From assembly GCA_045546895.1 (NCBI GenBank), contig JAZQDS010000102.1, positions 1 through 51,774 on the forward strand: a stretch of DNA of 51,774 nucleotides, written 5' to 3'. Position 1 is the first letter of the stretch. Every line of letters begins with the position of its first letter. The position numbers and the translations under genes are program-made. Positions 47,303 through 51,774 of the stretch are shown here, in pieces. Source of the DNA: Eubacteriales bacterium (GTDB lineage Bacteria > Bacillota > Clostridia > Oscillospirales > QAKW01). The notes under the pieces are model-generated. The model worked only from the letters and a program-made list of their open reading frames with translations. It made no database searches and was not told the origin of the DNA.

Positions 47303-47692
47303 TCAGAATGGTAATTCTCCGTATTCCACCTGCTTTTTTCTATCCTCTTTTTTCTTGTGTTCAAAGAAATGGAACCGCCAGGGCGAATCAAAGTCTTGCA
47401 CGAAGTAATGATTATTGAAGGTGCGCGGTGTTCCGCTTTCAGTAACACCGCCGTGATAGTGCCTCTTGATATAGCGGCGCTCCTCTGAAATTTTAATGCG
47501 GCTTTGCGCGGTTGTAGGAGAGATATTCAGAGTCTTTGCAATGGTAGGTATGCTTGGCCAGCACTCACCTTTTGCACCGGCGCAACTTACAAGATAGGCG
47601 TAGATTATAAAGGTGTAGGGATCCAAGTCCATTTTGAAAATGTCGTTGGGCAACATAAAGAAGCCGTCTTGTTTTTCGTATTTCTTTTTCAT
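47303..47692 (-). CDS. Winged-HTH (HTH_36-like) replication-initiator-like protein
   Basis: FFMLPNDIF..IIYAYL..GECWPSIPTIAKTLNIS...N.Y. Confidence 0.75.
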   Translation of the reverse strand: MKKKYEKQDGFFMLPNDIFKMDLDPYTFIIYAYLVSCAGAKGECWPSIPTIAKTLNISPTTAQSRIKISEERRYIKRHYHGGVTESGTPRTFNNHYFVQDFDSPWRFHFFEHKKKEDRKKQVEYGELPF

Positions 47693-47904
47693 CGCCTTGC
47701 TCCTTTCTCTGCCTGTGTTGCGATCCATTTTATAAACTGTTCCTTTGGGATCACGATTCTCCCACGCACTTTTACACTGGGAAAGCCTTTTTCTTTTGTC
47801 AGCTCGTAGGCACTTGTCCGACTTACGCCAAGCACCGCACTTAGTTCCTGCACCGATAACATCAGCGGCAGGTCGTCGAAACTTTTATAATCCGATCGCT
47901 TCAT
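47689..47904 (-). CDS. Excisionase-like HTH_17 protein
   Basis: LPLMLSVQELSAVLGVSRTSAYEL...FPSVKVRGRIVIPKEQFIKW; GAAAGGTG RBS. Confidence 0.88.
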   Translation of the reverse strand: MKRSDYKSFDDLPLMLSVQELSAVLGVSRTSAYELTKEKGFPSVKVRGRIVIPKEQFIKWIATQAEKGARR

Positions 47905-48304
47905 TTTTCATCACCTTTCTAATGAAAATATCTTTTCTCTACAAATTTTACCATAGCACATCTGTCGAAAAAGAGAGAAATAAAGTTGTTACAAAAAATT
48001 AAACCGACTTTTAGTAACCAAATTCTAACATACTATATGTCCTATAAAACGGACTTCAAGAAGGTTGAATAAAAATGTTTAATATGAAAATCATGATCGA
48101 GCACATTATAACACTAACTTAATTTAGCATGGTCGCATTTTAGGCGACAAATTAATATTCTAAAATACTTGATTTTATTTCACATTCAAGTTAATATACG
48201 ACAAATGAAAAACGCCGCCGAAAAATCGGCGGCGTAACTCTTTTCGCAGAACAGAGTAATAAGCGAATAGACATATTACCCAAGATAATGACATTATATC
48301 ATGT

Positions 48305-49620
48305 TTACTTTGATAAAACAATCCCCCGAATGAATATTTTTAAAAAAATAAAATAAAAGGATAGTTTAAAAAGGCTCTTATAAATATTTTCAATGGTCAG
48401 ATTTGCCGTCATTGTAAAATAAAAAGCGCACAACACAGAAAGGATGAAAATAAATGGCAAAAAAAGGAACAAATATTTACAAACGTAAAGATGGCAGATG
48501 GGAAGGACGGTATATCTCTGAGGTTTTAAGTGATGGAACTAAAAAGTATTCGTCTGTTTATGGAAAAACATATAAAGAAGCCAGAGAAAAGCAACTTCTC
48601 CAAATGAGTAGTGTTCACCTTAAGAACAATAAAAAGTTTTTTATGACCACTGAGGAATTAATGTGGGAATGGCTTGGAACTATAATCAACAAAGTAAAGA
48701 GAACAACTTTTCAAAAATATGAAAGTATTATTAAAAATCACATATGCTTATCTTCAATTGGTTCTCTACAAATAAAATATATATCCGGAAAAATAATTTC
48801 GACCTTTGCAAACGAAAGGTTGAAAAGTGTATCGGCAAAAACGGTTAATGACATCTTGATAATAGTAGGTCTCGCCTTTTCGTATGCCGAAGAAGAATAC
48901 GGTTTGCCCAAACCACATATCCATCGCATTAAAGAAGAAGCGAAAGAAATGCGAGTGCTGTCTGTAATTGAACAAAAACGATTGGAAACATATTTATTTC
49001 AAGATACAGATTTGTATAAACTTGGTGTTTTACTGGCGCTTTACACTGGAATACGCATTGGAGAATTATGCGCATTAGAGTGGAAAGATATTACGGAGAC
49101 GTATATTGTTATTAACAAAACATTACACCGCATCAAAGAAGGTGATACGACTGTTGTTGAAATAACAGAGCCTAAAACAAAAACCTCAAATCGAAAAATA
49201 CCGATCCCTTTGTTTTTGCTGCCTGTTATCGATCGGTTTCGTACGGATGGCTATGTAATTACTAATAGAAATAAAAATTTAGTAGAGCCTCGACTTATGC
49301 AGCTTTCTTTTAAAAAAATCATTTCGGATTGTGAATTACCCAAAACGAACTTTCATGCATTGAGACATACATTTGCAACTCGATGTATTGAGGCTGGATT
49401 CGATGTAAAATCTTTATCAGAAATTCTTGGTCATGCTGATGTTAAAACGACGCTTAATAGATATGTGCATTCCTCTTTTGAACAAAAGCAACGAAACATG
49501 GATCTTCTGAAACCTGCAATCAATATGTAGTTTAAGCCGTCAAAAAAATGGTCATTGAATTATGATGGTGTAAGTAGTTTCTTGCATTTTTGTTTGTTCT
49601 TCCGTTATTACTCTGATAAA
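48305..49620 (+). mobile_element. Putative integrase-only element bounded by a TTACT(T/C)TGATAAA direct repeat
   Basis: Core-like repeat at 48305-48317 and 49608-49620; paired heptamers inside both ends; the only gene is the integrase. Confidence 0.5.
48454..49530 (+). CDS. Tyrosine recombinase/integrase (solitary)
   Basis: NIYKRKDGRWEGRY arm-binding N-terminus; TGIRIGE, HALRHTFAT, ILGH..TLNRY. Confidence 0.95.
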   Translation: MAKKGTNIYKRKDGRWEGRYISEVLSDGTKKYSSVYGKTYKEAREKQLLQMSSVHLKNNKKFFMTTEELMWEWLGTIINKVKRTTFQKYESIIKNHICLSSIGSLQIKYISGKIISTFANERLKSVSAKTVNDILIIVGLAFSYAEEEYGLPKPHIHRIKEEAKEMRVLSVIEQKRLETYLFQDTDLYKLGVLLALYTGIRIGELCALEWKDITETYIVINKTLHRIKEGDTTVVEITEPKTKTSNRKIPIPLFLLPVIDRFRTDGYVITNRNKNLVEPRLMQLSFKKIISDCELPKTNFHALRHTFATRCIEAGFDVKSLSEILGHADVKTTLNRYVHSSFEQKQRNMDLLKPAINM

Positions 49621-49639
49621 CGAAAAATGGAGGATTAAA

Positions 49640-51774
49640 ATGCAAACAGGGATTATCAAAAGAATTATTGCAATTGTTGTGGCTATTTTGCTGGTGATTG
49701 GAATTTCGGCCGGCACAACTTTGTTGTTAAAAGAAACCGATATTCCGGCATCCACTACGATTAAAGACGGATTATCCGCATATGAACTTGCTGTTCAGTA
49801 CGGTTATGAAGGGACTCTTTCGGAGTGGATTGAGTCCTTAAATGGTAAATCTGCATATCAGATTGCTGTGGAAAATGGTTATTCGGGAACTGAGACCGAA
49901 TGGCTGTCTTCGTTGAAGGCAAATGATACTGCGGCAACTATCAAGGATGCAAAATTCAATGCGAAGGGTGAGTTGATTCTTACTCTCTCGGAAGGAACTG
50001 TTTTGAATCTTGGTGTTGCTGTTGGTGCCAATGGTAAGGATGGTGCTAACGGAAAAGACGGCGTTCCGGGCAAGGATGGTCAAAACGGAACTGACGGAAA
50101 AGATGGTGTCAATGGTAAAGATGGTGCCAATGGTATAAGCATCTCTACCGCTAACATCAATAATGACGGGCAGCTTGTTATTGGTTTTTCCGATGGTAAG
50201 ACGGTCAATCTTGATAAAGTCGTTGGTACAAACGGGAAAGACGGTGTTAGCGTTACAGCATCTAAAATCAATGCAAATGGTGAGCTTGTAATTACTTATT
50301 CCAATGGTCAGGAAGCCAATCTTGGTGTAGTGATCGGTGCGAAAGGTGATAAAGGCGACAAAGGAGAAGCTGGTAAAGACGGAATTGATGTAATCACTTC
50401 TACAGAAATTAACAATGCAGGTGAATTGGTCATCACCTATTCGGATGGTTCAAGTGATAATTTAGGTGTTGTTGTAGGACGCGATGGTGCTGATGGTCAA
50501 AATGGACAAAACGGTACAGATGGAATTGGAGTTGTTGGAGCTGAAATCACAACCGATGGTGAACTTGTACTTACATATTCCAATAATCAGCGTTCTAATC
50601 TCGGTAAAGTAGTTGGCGCCGATGGCAAAGACGGTCAAAATGGGACTGACGGTAAAGATGGCGTCGATGGCAAGGATGGAGTTAGCGTTATCAAGTCGGA
50701 AATCAATGCCAAAGGTGAGTTGGTCATCACTTATTCTGATAATCAAATTGATAACCTTGGTGTTGTGGCTGGTGCTGCCGGTAAGGACGGCTCCGATGGC
50801 AAGGACGGTCAAGACGGAGAAAACGGTAAAGATGGTGCCGACGGAGAAGATGGTGTCGGCATTGAGAAAATCGAAATCACTGATAAAGACGAATTATTTA
50901 TTACTTTGACAAACAGCTCTACTTTAAATCTTGGTTGCATTAAAGGTGCAGACGGTAAAGATGGTGTTGATGGCAAAGATGGTCAAGACGGTGCTGACGG
51001 CATTGATGGTATCAGTATAACCGGTGCTGCCATAAATAATTCAAATGAATTGGTACTCACATTCTCCGATAATACCGAGAAGAATCTTGGTGTTGTGGTT
51101 GGTGCTGACGGTAACGATGGTGCCAATGGCAAAGATGGTCAAGATGGAGAAAAAGGCGTTGGCATTAAGAAAACTGAGATTAATGCTCTTGGAGAATTGA
51201 TTATTACATATACCGATGACTCTACCGATAATCTTGGTGTTATTGTGAGCGATAATGGCGGTGTAGGTACCGGATCGATTGCTCCTCGGGTGCAAATCAA
51301 TAGTAGCACAAATGAATGGGAAATATCTACAGACGGTGGAAAGACCTACGTTTCTACTGGTGTTAAAGCAACCGGCGAGGCCGGAAAAGACGGTGAGGAC
51401 GGTTCAGATGGTGCAAATGGTATCAGTATTACTAATGCGGTTATCAATGCTGATAATGAACTTGTTTTAACCTTCTCAAATAATACGAAAAAAAATCTAG
51501 GTGTTGTAGTCGGTACCGATGGTAAAGATGGTGAAGACGGGAACGATGGAACCAACGGAACTGATGGTGAAGATGGTGACACACCTTATATTAAAGATGG
51601 AAACTGGTGGATAGGTAACGAAGACACCGGAGTAAAGGTTGAAGGCATTGATGGCACCGATGGTGAAGACGGAGTCGGTGTAAGCGGCGCAGAAATTGAT
51701 GCAAAAAATCACCTGATTATTAAACTTTCCGACAATACATCCATTGATGTTGGCATCGTTGTCGGTGCCGATGG
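49640..51774 (+). CDS. Large secreted/surface protein with collagen-like GXY segments alternating with beta-rich modules; 3' end runs off the window
   Basis: Not in the ORF track because it has no stop in the window. GGAGG precedes ATG 49640. MQTGIIKRIIAIVVAILLVIGISAG signal/anchor; G.SAYELAVQYGYEGT..EW..SL x2; repeated (I)NxxGELVITYSxG...NLGVVVG plus GKDG; PYIKDGNWWIG. Frame checked at several positions to the window end. Confidence 0.9.
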   Translation, partial: MQTGIIKRIIAIVVAILLVIGISAGTTLLLKETDIPASTTIKDGLSAYELAVQYGYEGTLSEWIESLNGKSAYQIAVENGYSGTETEWLSSLKANDTAATIKDAKFNAKGELILTLSEGTVLNLGVAVGANGKDGANGKDGVPGKDGQNGTDGKDGVNGKDGANGISISTANINNDGQLVIGFSDGKTVNLDKVVGTNGKDGVSVTASKINANGELVITYSNGQEANLGVVIGAKGDKGDKGEAGKDGIDVITSTEINNAGELVITYSDGSSDNLGVVVGRDGADGQNGQNGTDGIGVVGAEITTDGELVLTYSNNQRSNLGKVVGADGKDGQNGTDGKDGVDGKDGVSVIKSEINAKGELVITYSDNQIDNLGVVAGAAGKDGSDGKDGQDGENGKDGADGEDGVGIEKIEITDKDELFITLTNSSTLNLGCIKGADGKDGVDGKDGQDGADGIDGISITGAAINNSNELVLTFSDNTEKNLGVVVGADGNDGANGKDGQDGEKGVGIKKTEINALGELIITYTDDSTDNLGVIVSDNGGVGTGSIAPRVQINSSTNEWEISTDGGKTYVSTGVKATGEAGKDGEDGSDGANGISITNAVINADNELVLTFSNNTKKNLGVVVGTDGKDGEDGNDGTNGTDGEDGDTPYIKDGNWWIGNEDTGVKVEGIDGTDGEDGVGVSGAEIDAKNHLIIKLSDNTSIDVGIVVGAD

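Larger units (their letters stand above)
42554..47904 (-). mobile_element. Integrative mobilizable element (xis-rep-oriT-RHH-relaxase-int-cargo) at a tRNA locus; right boundary not located, may extend past the window
   Basis: Gene order, an abrupt drop in GC after the tRNAs, and repeated GCATCAAT motifs near the tRNA end. No T4SS genes in the window. Confidence 0.85.

Noticed and set aside
48208..48236. Hairpin ACGCCGCCGA-AAAA-TCGGCGGCGT as an invertible-promoter repeat
   Set aside because: The arms are only 4 nt apart, so there is no invertible segment; more likely a minus-strand terminator.
49838..51712. Short ORFs listed in the final 2 kb
   Set aside because: Alternate frames of the single unterminated collagen-like gene starting at 49640.

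Overview
This window looks like chromosomal DNA from a Clostridia-class Firmicute (Oscillospiraceae/Ruminococcaceae-like; inferred from gene content, not from a search). About 1-42.4 kb is mostly core and metabolic genes: an ECF sigma factor with a PepSY anti-sigma, a solo MazF, ddh, a riboswitch-led oadB/oadG pair, trkAH, a YgiQ radical SAM protein, Gtr glycosylation genes, a sugar catabolism cluster, the deoC-deoD-deoB-cdd-pdp operon, queT, gltX, trpS, tagO-like, wecB, PBP1A, rpmB, hprK and a ROK kinase. Two decayed genes sit in this part: an Ldh_2 pseudogene and an internally deleted degV. There are two tRNA-anchored accessory sites. (i) tRNA-Leu is followed by a small AT-rich gene bracketed by two copies of a REP/BIME-like repeat that carries a terminator and hairpins. 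(ii) tRNA-Trp and an Arg-like tRNA with an ACU anticodon are followed by an integrative mobilizable element (xis, rep, oriT, RHH, MobP3-type relaxase, integrase, two cargo genes). Next comes a second, solitary tyrosine integrase flanked by paired arm-like heptamers and a 13-bp core-like direct repeat. The right copy of that repeat lies just ahead of the RBS of a large collagen-like surface protein gene that runs off the window. This last arrangement, a possible integrase-only excision switch, is the most intriguing candidate system. All calls come from reading the sequence by eye; no database searches were run.
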